Shown: positions 1 to 9,410, numbered from the stretch's first letter. The stretch is DNA of 64,000 bases from Vulcanimicrobiota bacterium (GCA_963820825.1 CAWGBN010000007.1:32001-96000), one strand, 5' to 3'. The notes: generated from the sequence alone by a model not told the origin. Translations and numbers: made by a program.

Positions 1-314
1 CAATGCGCGAACAAGTGGATCACGTTGGCGCCCGTTGCCTCGGCGAGGGTGGCGATGACATCCGGCAGCGCGCATTCGCCCTGCACGATGAGCCGGCGGA
101 CGACCTCGGCATGGAATCGAGACCCGCTCCAGCCGGCGGCTACGATGAGGACGCGCGAGACCTCGCTGAGCTGGACCGCCTCGAAATCGACCAGCGCCGC
201 TTCGACCTGGCCAGCGAGCTCGGGCGCCGGTTGGGCGTGGAGCGTGGCCCGGGCGATCGTCGCCTCAGGCCCAGCCGTCAGGAGCGCCCCCGCCCCGATA
301 AAATACTCGTCCAT
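1..314 (-). CDS. Hypothetical protein, runs off the left edge (MDEYFIGAGALLTAGPEATIARATLHAQ...)
   Basis: Manual translation: ATG at 314, frame open to position 1, protein-like composition. The two + strand ORFs here look like shadows. Confidence 0.6.
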   Translation of the reverse strand, partial: MDEYFIGAGALLTAGPEATIARATLHAQPAPELAGQVEAALVDFEAVQLSEVSRVLIVAAGWSGSRFHAEVVRRLIVQGECALPDVIATLAEATGANVIHLFAH

Positions 315-404
315 GCCGTGATTCTGGCATGGACGAGTGCCAACTGGGTGGCGCACAAGACGCCACCACGGGGATTTGCGAGCCTAAGCTTCAGCTAGAG
401 GCCG

Positions 405-467
405 CTAGAACGGGTCCGGCGGCGTTACGTGTAACGCGATGAGAAGCATGATGAGCAAGCTAAGCAT
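405..467 (-). CDS. Putative 20-aa hydrophobic peptide MLSLLIMLLIALHVTPPDPF
   Basis: Strong SD GAGGAGG (472-478) just before ATG at 467, TAG at 405-407; hydrophobic core and polar tail; too short for the ORF track. Confidence 0.6.
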   Translation of the reverse strand: MLSLLIMLLIALHVTPPDPF

Positions 468-556
468 CGTACCTCCTCACGGGGAAAAGAGAGTACGGGG
501 ATTACGGACGTATTGAGTGCTCTTCCTGTAATGGCCAGCGGGGAGCGCAGCCGCCC

Positions 557-3178
557 TCAGATGAGGCCGCGTCGCTTAGCGGCGCGTATTGCCTCCGAAT
601 GACCGTGGCAATCCAACTTGGCGATTGCATTTGCGATATGAACGCGCACTGTGTGAATGCTTCGACCGGTTTCCGCAGCAATGTCCTTGGGGATGAGGCC
701 CTCGGCTAGCCGTCGCAGCACATCTCGTTCCGACGCCGTCAGGCATGCCGGGGCCGTCCGCGTGGCGCTCGCTAGCGTCCGATCGACGGCGGCCATAACC
801 CTCGCGACATCCCCGTATCCCAAGGTCACCAGCCGTCCGATCTGGTCGGATATTCTCGACGATTCGTCGGCGGCGCCTGTGCCGTAAAGCCTCGTTATGA
901 GCGTCGCCGCCTTCGTTACCAGCTGCTCGATCGCATCGTCGTTTCTCTGGCCGCGCAGAAGGCGCTGAGCGTTCGCAAACCGTCCGTTGGCGAACTCCGA
1001 AAGCGCACAAAAGGCACGACACACGGCTAATGCACGACTCCCAAAGAGCCCTCGAGGCTGTATAGTCCGCAAGATCGCCATAACATCGCGCGTTTGCGCC
1101 AATGAAGCCTCCCGCGAACCATCAAGCGACAAGAATAGAGCATATTCCGCGCCAGCCACCGCCCTGTCAACTGGATTAGGCATCTCTCGCCAGCATGCCG
1201 CAAGTAGACCGTGAGCTTCCGCAAAACATCCTTCCCACGCCGTTCTCACGCCTCGAAAAAGCGTGACGTAATGCTCGGCCCGGGCGTCCATCCCTACCAC
1301 CGTTAGCTGTCTTTCAATCTCGGCCGCTTTGCAGATGTCCCCTTTGCGCGTCGCAGCGCTTAACATTTGCAACAGTGCCGTCCGCACCGCGAACACGTCG
1401 CCCGCTTTCGCCCCCGCATTGGCGGCTATCTCTGCATATCGGAGCTGCTCCTCTACGTCGTCACGCTCCTGGAGCGACAAATTCGAGAGCACCGCAAGCG
1501 TGCGAGCCGCAATAGCATAGAAGTGAAGCTCGAGTGCCAGGTTCTTCGCTTGCACGAGTCTTTCAAACGCCTGGTCAATCTTGCCAGTGTGCCTATTTAT
1601 TATTCCGAGGTGGTGCAAGACGCGCGCGCGTGTTGCTTCCATCTCAACGAATGGCATTAGCGATTCGATCTTTTCTACGGCCTCGCCAATGTGTGACTTG
1701 TTATCGGCTATCAATTTTTGCGCAATGGCTAACGACAAGGCCTCGGCCCTATGTGCTGCAGACTGTCTGACGTCGTCCGATATAGGGTCAAGCACAGCCG
1801 TCACCTCGCGGCCCTGATTACCAATCAACGACGCTAGACGCAGGCTTGTCCGAGCCAAAAGGTCGCGGTCGTTACCCGAACGGGCCAACGCACGACGGAA
1901 GAACGATTCGGCTCGCGCGAACTTGCCGGCGCTTGCGAACAGTGCACCTTGCAACGCGAGCACGGCTGCATTTTCCCTGCGCGTCCGATCGTCGAGCGAT
2001 TCGACTGCGCGCGCGACGATATCGCTTCGGGCGCGCTCAAGCAGATCGAAGCCGTGCTTTTCCAGCAGTCGGAGAATATCGGCCGTTGACTCCGCTGCTG
2101 CGTACGATGCCAGGGCGTGTTCGACGTCGCCGTCGGCTTCGAGCGCGGCCGCCGCCCGTGCATGAACGAGCTGCTGCGAGCGTTTCCCGGCGAGCGCGCT
2201 CTGATAGCGCAAGAAGTCCCGGAACAGATCGTGACATTGATAGATGTGTGGCGACTCCTCGTAGATGAACGCCGTGCGTTCTCGTAGTCGCTCGATGATC
2301 GTGAGTGCGCGATCGAAGCCGGCGCGTTCGAGCACGCGGAGGTCGATTGCTGGAAGCGCGATGGCAACGTCCAGCAGCGATCGCTCATCGTCGTCGAGCG
2401 TTGCGTAAACCTGCTCGGCTAGAAGCCGGTAGATCATCTCACGTGTGAGGGCCGAGATATTGCCTAAATCGTTCGATCGCACCGACGAGCGCAGCGCGAA
2501 GCTCATGGCCGCCGGCCAGCCTTCCGTCAGCCGCAGGATATCGGCGAGCTCGTCGTCACTAATGCCAAGTCCGAGGCGGTCGGCCGCCTCGCGCGCCTCG
2601 TCCAGAGTAAATGCCAGCTCGCCTTCCGCGATCGCCAGATCGGCGTCTCGATAGGCGAGCCACGTTCCGATCGGAAGGCCCGTAGTCGCGCGCGATGCCA
2701 AAATCCAGCGAATCTTTCCCTTCGTCCGCTCGATCAGCGATGTCAGAAATCGCCCGACCTCCGGATCTCCCCCGGCGACGTGAACGTCATCGATGGCGAT
2801 GACGCCTGAAACGTTCTCCAAATGTGCGTGCATCCAACGCGCCAAATCGGCGCCGCGCCGAGGTGAATCCGTACTGCGTTCGTACGCGCCGGCCAGCGCG
2901 ATCATCGCGTGCGGCGCCTCCTCCCGCAATGCCTCGGCGAAGCCGCGCAGGAACCCAAGCAGCGTCGAGTGTTCGGAGCGCAATGCAAAGCATACGTTTG
3001 GCTCACTCAGGCTGCGAAGGTGCTGACGAAGCGCGACCGATTTCCCATACCCGGCAGGAGCGATGAGCAACGCGATTTGATAACCGCCTGCGACCGCAAG
3101 GCGCTCCGCGACGCGCGGACGCGCGATCGGCGCAGATGCGTCGATGCTGCTATCGGTCGGGGCTAGGCTTCGGGACAT
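557..3178 (-). CDS. MalT-like ATP-dependent transcriptional regulator (P-loop NTPase, helical/TPR-like region, C-terminal LuxR HTH)
   Basis: Walker A APAGYGKS, Walker B IAIDDVH, TEGWPAA and HDLFRDFL motifs, LuxR HTH LTASERDVLRRLAEG...TVRVHIANAIAKL. Start ATG 3178 follows GGGAAGGGAG. Confidence 0.9.
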   Translation of the reverse strand: MSRSLAPTDSSIDASAPIARPRVAERLAVAGGYQIALLIAPAGYGKSVALRQHLRSLSEPNVCFALRSEHSTLLGFLRGFAEALREEAPHAMIALAGAYERSTDSPRRGADLARWMHAHLENVSGVIAIDDVHVAGGDPEVGRFLTSLIERTKGKIRWILASRATTGLPIGTWLAYRDADLAIAEGELAFTLDEAREAADRLGLGISDDELADILRLTEGWPAAMSFALRSSVRSNDLGNISALTREMIYRLLAEQVYATLDDDERSLLDVAIALPAIDLRVLERAGFDRALTIIERLRERTAFIYEESPHIYQCHDLFRDFLRYQSALAGKRSQQLVHARAAAALEADGDVEHALASYAAAESTADILRLLEKHGFDLLERARSDIVARAVESLDDRTRRENAAVLALQGALFASAGKFARAESFFRRALARSGNDRDLLARTSLRLASLIGNQGREVTAVLDPISDDVRQSAAHRAEALSLAIAQKLIADNKSHIGEAVEKIESLMPFVEMEATRARVLHHLGIINRHTGKIDQAFERLVQAKNLALELHFYAIAARTLAVLSNLSLQERDDVEEQLRYAEIAANAGAKAGDVFAVRTALLQMLSAATRKGDICKAAEIERQLTVVGMDARAEHYVTLFRGVRTAWEGCFAEAHGLLAACWREMPNPVDRAVAGAEYALFLSLDGSREASLAQTRDVMAILRTIQPRGLFGSRALAVCRAFCALSEFANGRFANAQRLLRGQRNDDAIEQLVTKAATLITRLYGTGAADESSRISDQIGRLVTLGYGDVARVMAAVDRTLASATRTAPACLTASERDVLRRLAEGLIPKDIAAETGRSIHTVRVHIANAIAKLDCHGHSEAIRAAKRRGLI

Positions 3179-3743
3179 CTCCCTTCCCAATTCGCTGGCT
3201 CAAAAAATATGCTAATAGCGCACCTTCCCAATGCAAGCGTGGCGCGAGCCATTGGTGCTGCGCGGGGCAGCTGATTTCGCCAAGCTCCAGCACCAAACTT
3301 CCATCTCGCGCGTCAACTTGCTTGAACGCATAGTAGCCGCGCAAACCCGCCGTAAAGTTATCCGGCTGGAATCCGAAGGGCCAATAGACTCCGTACAGGC
3401 TGCGCCATGCTGCGGCCGCGGGTGCGTCGCGCTTGTGTTGATAGCCGATGGAAGCGCTGCTCGCGCAGGGTGGATTCGAGCCGTCGAAATGGATGAAGAC
3501 CGTCGCGCCCACACGATAGTTTCCGGCGAAATCGGCGGGGAGCCGCGCAACGGTTATGCCGTGACTGCGTAAGATCGCCGTCGCCGCATCGGCAACGATC
3601 GGCGTCCAATCACGCTCTCCGGCGGCACCAAGGTTGCAATGGTGCTGCGGGAAATGCGCGCAGCTCGCGGGGCGGCCTTCGTGGCCGGCCGAGATCAGCA
3701 CGTCGTAGACGAGCAGAGAAGCTCCGAGGACCAGCGGCAGCAT
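3150..3743 (-). CDS. N-acetylmuramoyl-L-alanine amidase-like protein (Amidase_3 fold)
   Basis: Zn-amidase-like motifs ISAGHEG, GERDW, FIHFDG, LVLELG. Confidence 0.65.
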   Translation of the reverse strand: MLPLVLGASLLVYDVLISAGHEGRPASCAHFPQHHCNLGAAGERDWTPIVADAATAILRSHGITVARLPADFAGNYRVGATVFIHFDGSNPPCASSASIGYQHKRDAPAAAAWRSLYGVYWPFGFQPDNFTAGLRGYYAFKQVDARDGSLVLELGEISCPAQHQWLAPRLHWEGALLAYFLSQRIGKGDVPKPSPDR

Positions 3744-3755
3744 CAGCCGTTCGCT

Positions 3756-4553
3756 CTACCAGCCGCCTGAGGCCCCACCACCTCCAAAGCCGCCCCCGCC
3801 CGCCGAGAATCCGCCGCCTCCGCCAAAGTCGCCGCCGCCGCCTCCCGACGACCAACCGCCGATGAACGCGCCTCCGCCCCAGAGCGGCCAGCGCCGCATA
3901 TCGCGCTTCGCACCGACCGAACCCTCACGCAGTACGAGGTACCCGTATCGGATGCTGCCGATTACCTGCAACACGATCACGACGACGAGAAATCCAAAGC
4001 CGAGCACGATGATAACGACCATGAGGATTACCACCCCCGTGCTCATCGTCGAGGTCGTCGGAGCCGGCGGCGGCGTGACGCCGGTATAGGCGGGCGTAAT
4101 CGTCGTGAGCATCGCCGCGACCCCGCTCGAAACGGCACCATCAACGTCGTTCGCCTTCATTTTCGGCACGATGTCGTCGTCAATGATCCGACGCGAATCG
4201 GCGTCCGTCAGTTTGCTCTCCAGGCCGTATCCAACCTCGATGCGCACCTTATGGTCCTGCATGAAGAGAAAGAGAACCGCGCCGTCGTCCTTGCCCTTGT
4301 GCCCGATCTTCCACTGATCGGCGGTTTCGCCGGTGTAGGTTTCCAGCGGAACCTCGCCGGTGGTATTGGCGATCCAGACGATGATTTGATGGCCGGTCGA
4401 GTGCTCGTAGGCCTGGAGCTCGTTCTCCAACGACGTCCGTGCGCCGCCCGAGAGCGCGCCGGCGGTATCAGTCACGTAGTGGTTGGGCGTCGGCGGAACT
4501 TTGAACTCCGCCGCGGCCAGCAGATAGGTCAGCGCAAACGCGGCCGCGATCAC
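3756..4553 (-). CDS. TPM domain (YgcG-like) membrane protein with Gly-rich tail
   Basis: VTDTAGAL, WKIGHKGKDDG, RIEVGYGLE and GGGGFGGGGASGGW; typical LemA partner. Confidence 0.9.
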   Translation of the reverse strand: MIAAAFALTYLLAAAEFKVPPTPNHYVTDTAGALSGGARTSLENELQAYEHSTGHQIIVWIANTTGEVPLETYTGETADQWKIGHKGKDDGAVLFLFMQDHKVRIEVGYGLESKLTDADSRRIIDDDIVPKMKANDVDGAVSSGVAAMLTTITPAYTGVTPPPAPTTSTMSTGVVILMVVIIVLGFGFLVVVIVLQVIGSIRYGYLVLREGSVGAKRDMRRWPLWGGGAFIGGWSSGGGGGDFGGGGGFSAGGGGFGGGGASGGW

Positions 4554-4933
4554 GCTGTCGATCCTTCCGTAAAATGCGCGTGCAGCGCCTCGCCGATTCG
4601 CCCGACCGCATAGAGAATGCCCGGCACCAGCTCGCCGCGCGCGAAGTACGGTTTGCTGCTCTCCACCACGTCGTCCCAGAACGCGTCGCCGACGCGCTGG
4701 TGCAGCGCCCAGTCGCCGATCACGGCAAACCGGCGCGCCTTCGGTGCGACCAGGATCAGCGCGGCGTTACGGTGCTCGTGGCGGTGCAGACCGGCATGCC
4801 CGAACTCGTGCTTCGCGCGTTCGAATGCGTCGGTCTCGGCATCGGGAATCATCCGAACCGCGATCCGCCCGGTCGTTCCGTCTTCGGCCTTGGCGATAGC
4901 GCGGGCGATCTCGTCGGTCTCGGAGCGGGTCAC
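4550..4933 (-). CDS. Short TPM domain protein
   Basis: IARAIAKAEDGTTGRI and RFAVIGD motifs; 4-nt overlaps with both neighbours. Confidence 0.85.
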   Translation of the reverse strand: MTRSETDEIARAIAKAEDGTTGRIAVRMIPDAETDAFERAKHEFGHAGLHRHEHRNAALILVAPKARRFAVIGDWALHQRVGDAFWDDVVESSKPYFARGELVPGILYAVGRIGEALHAHFTEGSTA

Positions 4934-5547
4934 GGGCTAAAGTTGACCACCGGCGCCTTCTCCGCGCCGGGCTGCGACTGGAAGTACGGTTTCTCGTTGA
5001 AACGGCTGCCGAACATTCCGGCGATCATCACCGTCGGGAAGGTGTTGCGTTTGGTATTGAAGTCTCGAGCAACATCGTTATATTTCTTGCGCTCGAAGGC
5101 GATCCGGTTCTCGGCTCCTTCGAGCTGCGCCTGAAGCGTCTGAAAGTTCTCCGTCGCTTTGAGCTGCGGATAGTTCTCGACGACCGCCAGCAGCCGCGAG
5201 AGCGCGGAGCCGAGTTGATCTTGCGCCGCGGCATACTTGGCAAAGTCTTGCGGGTTGTTGATCGCGTTCTGCACGACCTCCGGCGAGATCTGACCGACGC
5301 TCGCGCGCGCCTTGGCCACCGATTCATAGGTGCTCGACTCGAAGTTCGCCGCGCCTTTGACGGTCGCGACCAGGTTCGGAATCAAATCGGCCCGCCGCTG
5401 GTAGACGTTCTGCACCTGCCCCCACTGCGCGTCGACCGCTTGGCCGAGCGTCACGAGCGAGTTGTAGGTGCCGGCGACCCAGAAGCCGATCACCACGACG
5501 ATTCCGATCACGACGATCGGCCCGATATACGAAGGACGTTGTTGCAT
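4930..5547 (-). CDS. lemA: LemA family protein
   Basis: YNSLV, WGQVQNVYQRRADLIPNLV, ENYPQLKA, LEGAENRI. Start trimmed to ATG 5547. Confidence 0.92.
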   Translation of the reverse strand: MQQRPSYIGPIVVIGIVVVIGFWVAGTYNSLVTLGQAVDAQWGQVQNVYQRRADLIPNLVATVKGAANFESSTYESVAKARASVGQISPEVVQNAINNPQDFAKYAAAQDQLGSALSRLLAVVENYPQLKATENFQTLQAQLEGAENRIAFERKKYNDVARDFNTKRNTFPTVMIAGMFGSRFNEKPYFQSQPGAEKAPVVNFSP

Positions 5548-5569
5548 AGCGTGGCGTAAATGCGCCGCT

Positions 5570-5779
5570 ATGCGGCCTGCCCCTTCCTCGGGCGCTCGAT
5601 TCCTGCGGGCGCTCCTCGCCGCAATCCCGCTTGCAGCGCTCACCGTCGCCATTCCGCTCGTCAATCGCGTCGAGCCGCGGATCCTCGGCGTGCCGTTTCT
5701 TCTGGCATGGATCGTGATCTGGGTTGTGCTCACGCCGGGCTTTCTCTGGAGCATCGGCCGCTCGGAGGGTCGCTGGTGA
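5570..5779 (+). CDS. Small two-TM membrane protein (DUF3311/YhjC-like) accompanying an SSS symporter
   Basis: PLVNRVEPRILGVPFLLAW; GTGA overlap with the symporter start. Confidence 0.8.
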   Translation: MRPAPSSGARFLRALLAAIPLAALTVAIPLVNRVEPRILGVPFLLAWIVIWVVLTPGFLWSIGRSEGRW

Positions 5780-7209
5780 CCGGCGCCGGCATCGCGCTTT
5801 CGATCGTTGCCGTCGTGGTGCTCGGCACGATCGTCTTTGCGTTGCTCGCCGTCGGCCGCGTCAAGATGGATCCGCAGCAATATATCGTCGGCGGCCGCTC
5901 CTTCGGGACGCTCTTTCTCTGGGTGCTCCTCGCCGGCGAGATCTACACCACCTTTACGTTTTTGGGCATCGCTGGGCTCTCGTATTCGCAAGGCGCGCCG
6001 GCCTTCTACATCATGGTCTACGGCACTGTCGCATACATCATCGGCTACTTCCTCACTCCCGCGGTCTGGCGCGTCGGCAAAGAACGCAACCTGCTCACCG
6101 GTCCAGACTTTTTCGAAACCCAGTACCAAAGCCGTACGTTGGGCGTGGCGATTGCGATTCTGCAGTTTGTGATGATCGTGCCCTACGTCGCGCTGCAGTT
6201 GAGCGGATTGCAGATTCTCTTGCGAATCGCCGGCTATGGCGCGTACGACGCGACCGTCTCGGTCTGCATCGCCTTCTTGGTGCTCGCCCTCTTCGTCTTC
6301 AGCGCCGGATTACGCGGCACGGCGTGGGCAAGCGTGGTCAAAGACATCTTCGTGCTCGCCGCGGTCGCCTTCGCCGGCCTTGCAATCCCCATTCGCTTCT
6401 TCGGCTCGCCGGCGGCGATGTTCGACCGGGTCGCGCAGCTCCATCCGCAGACGCTCGTGCTGCCGTCGGGCAGCGCCTTTCACGGGACCGTCTGGTTCGT
6501 CACCACCGTGCTGCTCTCGGGGATCGGCTTCTTCATGGGGCCGCAATCCTGGAATGCAATCTTCAGCGCACGCAGCGGCGACACGCTGCGCCGCAACGCA
6601 ATGCTCCTCCCCTTCTACCAATGCTTCTTGAGCCTGATGATCTTCGCCGGTTTCTCCGCTGCGTTGATCGCCCCGGGGTTGAAAGGAACCGCCGTCGATC
6701 AATCGTTCTTGCTGGTCGTGCAGCATCACTATCCGCCGTGGATCCTCGGCTTCGTCGCCTCGGCGGGAGCGCTCGCCGCGCTGATTCCCGCTTCGGCGCT
6801 GCTGCTCGCCGGCGCCAGCGTTATCACCAAGAACGTCGCCGGCGATGCGTTCGGCATTGCGACCAGCGATCGCGCGCGAACGATGCTCACCCGTGTGCTC
6901 GTGCTTGTCGTCGCGGTGCTCGCCCTCGGCGTCTGGCTCACCTCGCAGAAGACCGTCGTGGAACTGCTCTTGCTCTACTACAACGGCATCACCCAGTTCG
7001 CGCCGGGCACGATCGCAGCGTTCGTCTGGCGACGTGCCAACGCGTGGAGCGTCGGCGCCGGACTCTTCACCGGATTGGCAGTGGCCGTTCCGCTCGCCGC
7101 ACTCAGCATTAATCCGTGGGGCCTCAACCCCGGCCTTCTCGCCCTTGTGGCGAACGCCGGCGTCTTACTCATCGTCTCGCTCATCTGGCCGAAACCGGAG
7201 GAATCGTGA
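5776..7209 (+). CDS. Sodium:solute symporter family transporter (YhjB-like)
   Basis: YIVGGRSFG and GEIYTTFTFLG motifs, many TM segments; GTG at 5776. Confidence 0.9.
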   Translation: MTGAGIALSIVAVVVLGTIVFALLAVGRVKMDPQQYIVGGRSFGTLFLWVLLAGEIYTTFTFLGIAGLSYSQGAPAFYIMVYGTVAYIIGYFLTPAVWRVGKERNLLTGPDFFETQYQSRTLGVAIAILQFVMIVPYVALQLSGLQILLRIAGYGAYDATVSVCIAFLVLALFVFSAGLRGTAWASVVKDIFVLAAVAFAGLAIPIRFFGSPAAMFDRVAQLHPQTLVLPSGSAFHGTVWFVTTVLLSGIGFFMGPQSWNAIFSARSGDTLRRNAMLLPFYQCFLSLMIFAGFSAALIAPGLKGTAVDQSFLLVVQHHYPPWILGFVASAGALAALIPASALLLAGASVITKNVAGDAFGIATSDRARTMLTRVLVLVVAVLALGVWLTSQKTVVELLLLYYNGITQFAPGTIAAFVWRRANAWSVGAGLFTGLAVAVPLAALSINPWGLNPGLLALVANAGVLLIVSLIWPKPEES

Positions 7210-8030
7210 AGCACGTAACACTAGCCACCGCGCTGCTTTCGTTTTGTTCGTGCAACCGGCGATCGCACAGCAGTCAACGCCCTCACCGCAGCCCTCTCCC
7301 GCATCGCGGCAGCAGCTCGCGGCCATCACCCAGCGAGGGCGACCTCTCGACGCCTACGATCGAGCGGCATGGCATGGAACGGATGCCGCAGTGGCCATCG
7401 CCGGCAAGGATACAACCGGATCTGCAGTACTACATCGCTCGTCAGACGCCCAGCGCCTGGGCCCTAGATTTCGGCAGGCCCGATCCCACCGGAACGTCCT
7501 TCCTTACCACCTACGAAGCCGTCAGTTCCGACGGTCTGCAGTTCACGGCGACGCGCCTTACCCCCGCGAGAAGCGATTCGGGATTTCTGCCCGCAGCGGC
7601 CCACGCAATCGCGACGGCCGAAGCGGTCTTCAAGCCCGTTTCCGGCTTCCGCTACAACGCCGCCGTACTTCCGAATCCGGACGGCACGATGTACGTCTAT
7701 CTCTATCCCGCGCAGACCGATCCGAAGATCTTTCCGCTCGGCGGCGACGAGCGATTCACGGTCTCAGCCGACGGTACGAACCTGCTCGAAAGTCACCGCA
7801 TGCACAATAGCGTTCTCGCTCTACCGGTCGATGCCGGCCTTCCCACCGGAACGCGGTTGAGCGCGGGCTTCCATACGGTCGTCGTTGAAAACGTGCCGCA
7901 GGAATACCGACGTCTTTCACGAGCTTGCTCGAAAGCCGTCGATGCCCGTTCACGTTAACGCGCAAAGCATACTCTAGGACATCACCGTGGAGGGGGCCGA
8001 TTGATTATGCGCCTCCTCCCAAACCGTAAC
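7206..8030 (+). pseudogene. Frameshifted secreted hypothetical protein
   Basis: Protein-like text changes frame near 7232, 7420 and 7905 (VKHVTLATAL / FVQPAIAQQ...AAWHGTDAA / LQYYIARQ...VENVPQ / TDVFH..RKP), with a stop near 7975. End approximate. Confidence 0.6.
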
Positions 8031-8049
8031 GACGCTCAGCATCACTCCG

Positions 8050-8126
8050 TCCTTCGACTCGCTGCGCTCGCTCAGGAGCGCTCCGCTCAGGATGACACCA
8101 CTATGTGCGTGTTCAGGATGACACCA
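8050..8126. repeat. REP-like dispersed repeat, with additional partial copies
   Basis: CCTTCGACTCGCTGCGCTCGCTCAGG...GCTCAGGATGACACC, then TTCAGGATGACACC again. Confidence 0.75.
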
Positions 8127-8160
8127 ACTGAGCCCGCGTACCGATGACGACCTTCTCTCA

Positions 8161-8197
8161 AAAAAGGAAAGGGCGGCGCAACTGCGCCGCCCTTTTT
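8161..8197. terminator. Bidirectional intrinsic terminator
   Basis: AAAGGGCGGCGCA-AC-TGCGCCGCCCTTT with A and T tracts, between convergent genes. Confidence 0.8.
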
Positions 8198-8219
8198 GTA
8201 ACGAGGATCGTACCGTAGG

Positions 8220-9287
8220 TTACAGGTTGATGACCGAGTTCTTGCTATCGACTGCCGCCGCCGGACTGGTAAGCCCGTTTGCGCTGCCGAGCGTCGCGAC
8301 GCTCGAGCCACTCGGATAAGCGAGAACTTGAACGACCGCGGCGCCCAAATCGGCGACGTAGGCGCGGTCATTGCGCATGTCGATCGTCACGTGGAACGGA
8401 TCGGAATATCCCGAGCCCAGCGTTCCGGTGATGCTGGTGTACGGCGGCCCAGCGATGACATCGACCACGGGACCCGAACCGGTGCCGACCTGGTCGCAGA
8501 CGACGAGCCGGCCTCGCTTGTCGAGAACCATGCCGCCGGCAAAGCCGAACGTGATCGGAAGCACGGTACTGTTGTTGCAGTTCGCGAATCCGCCACCGGA
8601 ATTAGTATGTGTATACTCGATGATGTTGGCGCCGCCCGCGGGATTGTTGTAGTACACGAACACGTTGAGGTGCCGGTCGACCGCAACGCCTTCGACGTTG
8701 CCGCCGGGCGAGCAGCTCGCGATGACCGTGTTGCTCTGCTGGGCGTACTCGTTGACGTAGCCGCCGCCGCTCACCGTGTAGTTAAAGTCGGCTTCGTAGA
8801 CGTTGTTGTTCTTGTCGGTCGTCACGCCGACCGGGTCGGCCATGCCGTTGCTATAGGTGTAGAGCAGATTGCCCGACGTATTGTACTCGGTGATGTACGG
8901 GCCGGCATAGTTCGCAACGTAGAGGTTTCCGGGGATCCGGTCGACCCAATTGCCGTCTGGACCGTTGAGTCCGCTGCTGATGGGCGCAAGGCTGCTGAAG
9001 TTCGAGTACTTCAGCCGCTCGACCAGGCCGCTCCCGAAGTCGGAGACGAAAATTGACCGCGGCGCGAACGCGTCGCCTCGTACGTGTTGGGCGGTCTGAT
9101 GGCTGTGCCCAACCATCCCGAGGAACTTGGGTGCGACGCCGGAGCGAGCCGGATCGAAGCGATTGACGCCCTGGCTCGCGCCCGCCGACGGCAGCCCGGC
9201 GCTGCTGCTCTGCGAGCCGCTGCCGGAGCACGCCGCTAACAGCATGGCTGCGCCCGCAGCAAGTAATAAAGCTCGTTGTTTTCTCAC
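8220..9287 (-). CDS. Secreted lipoprotein with NHL-like beta-propeller repeats
   Basis: Lipobox LAAC; repeats such as P.GV..D..GNLYVAN; SD GGGAG before GTG. Confidence 0.8.
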   Translation of the reverse strand: MRKQRALLLAAGAAMLLAACSGSGSQSSSAGLPSAGASQGVNRFDPARSGVAPKFLGMVGHSHQTAQHVRGDAFAPRSIFVSDFGSGLVERLKYSNFSSLAPISSGLNGPDGNWVDRIPGNLYVANYAGPYITEYNTSGNLLYTYSNGMADPVGVTTDKNNNVYEADFNYTVSGGGYVNEYAQQSNTVIASCSPGGNVEGVAVDRHLNVFVYYNNPAGGANIIEYTHTNSGGGFANCNNSTVLPITFGFAGGMVLDKRGRLVVCDQVGTGSGPVVDVIAGPPYTSITGTLGSGYSDPFHVTIDMRNDRAYVADLGAAVVQVLAYPSGSSVATLGSANGLTSPAAAVDSKNSVINL

Positions 9288-9410
9288 GAGATTAGCTCCC
9301 TATTGAATAGTGAGTGCTCTTGTGGTAGGTTCGTCGCTCCTCTAAAGAAGCGGGGGGCCAATCGCGTTCGTGGCCACGCAAGGGGCTCCTTTGTATTAAA
9401 ATGAGCAAGC

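Noticed and set aside
422..437. Near-palindrome GCGTTAC-GT-GTAACGC
   Set aside because: Single copy inside the putative peptide ORF; cannot be distinguished from chance, though an operator role is not excluded.
514..524. TGAGTGCTCTT shared with 9311-9321, resembling a CIRCE half-site
   Set aside because: No complementary TTAGCACTC arm at either site and no chaperone genes; two copies of an 11-mer could be chance.
8050..8126. Repeats as a CRISPR array
   Set aside because: Irregular spacing, partial units and no cas genes; they match the dispersed repeat family.
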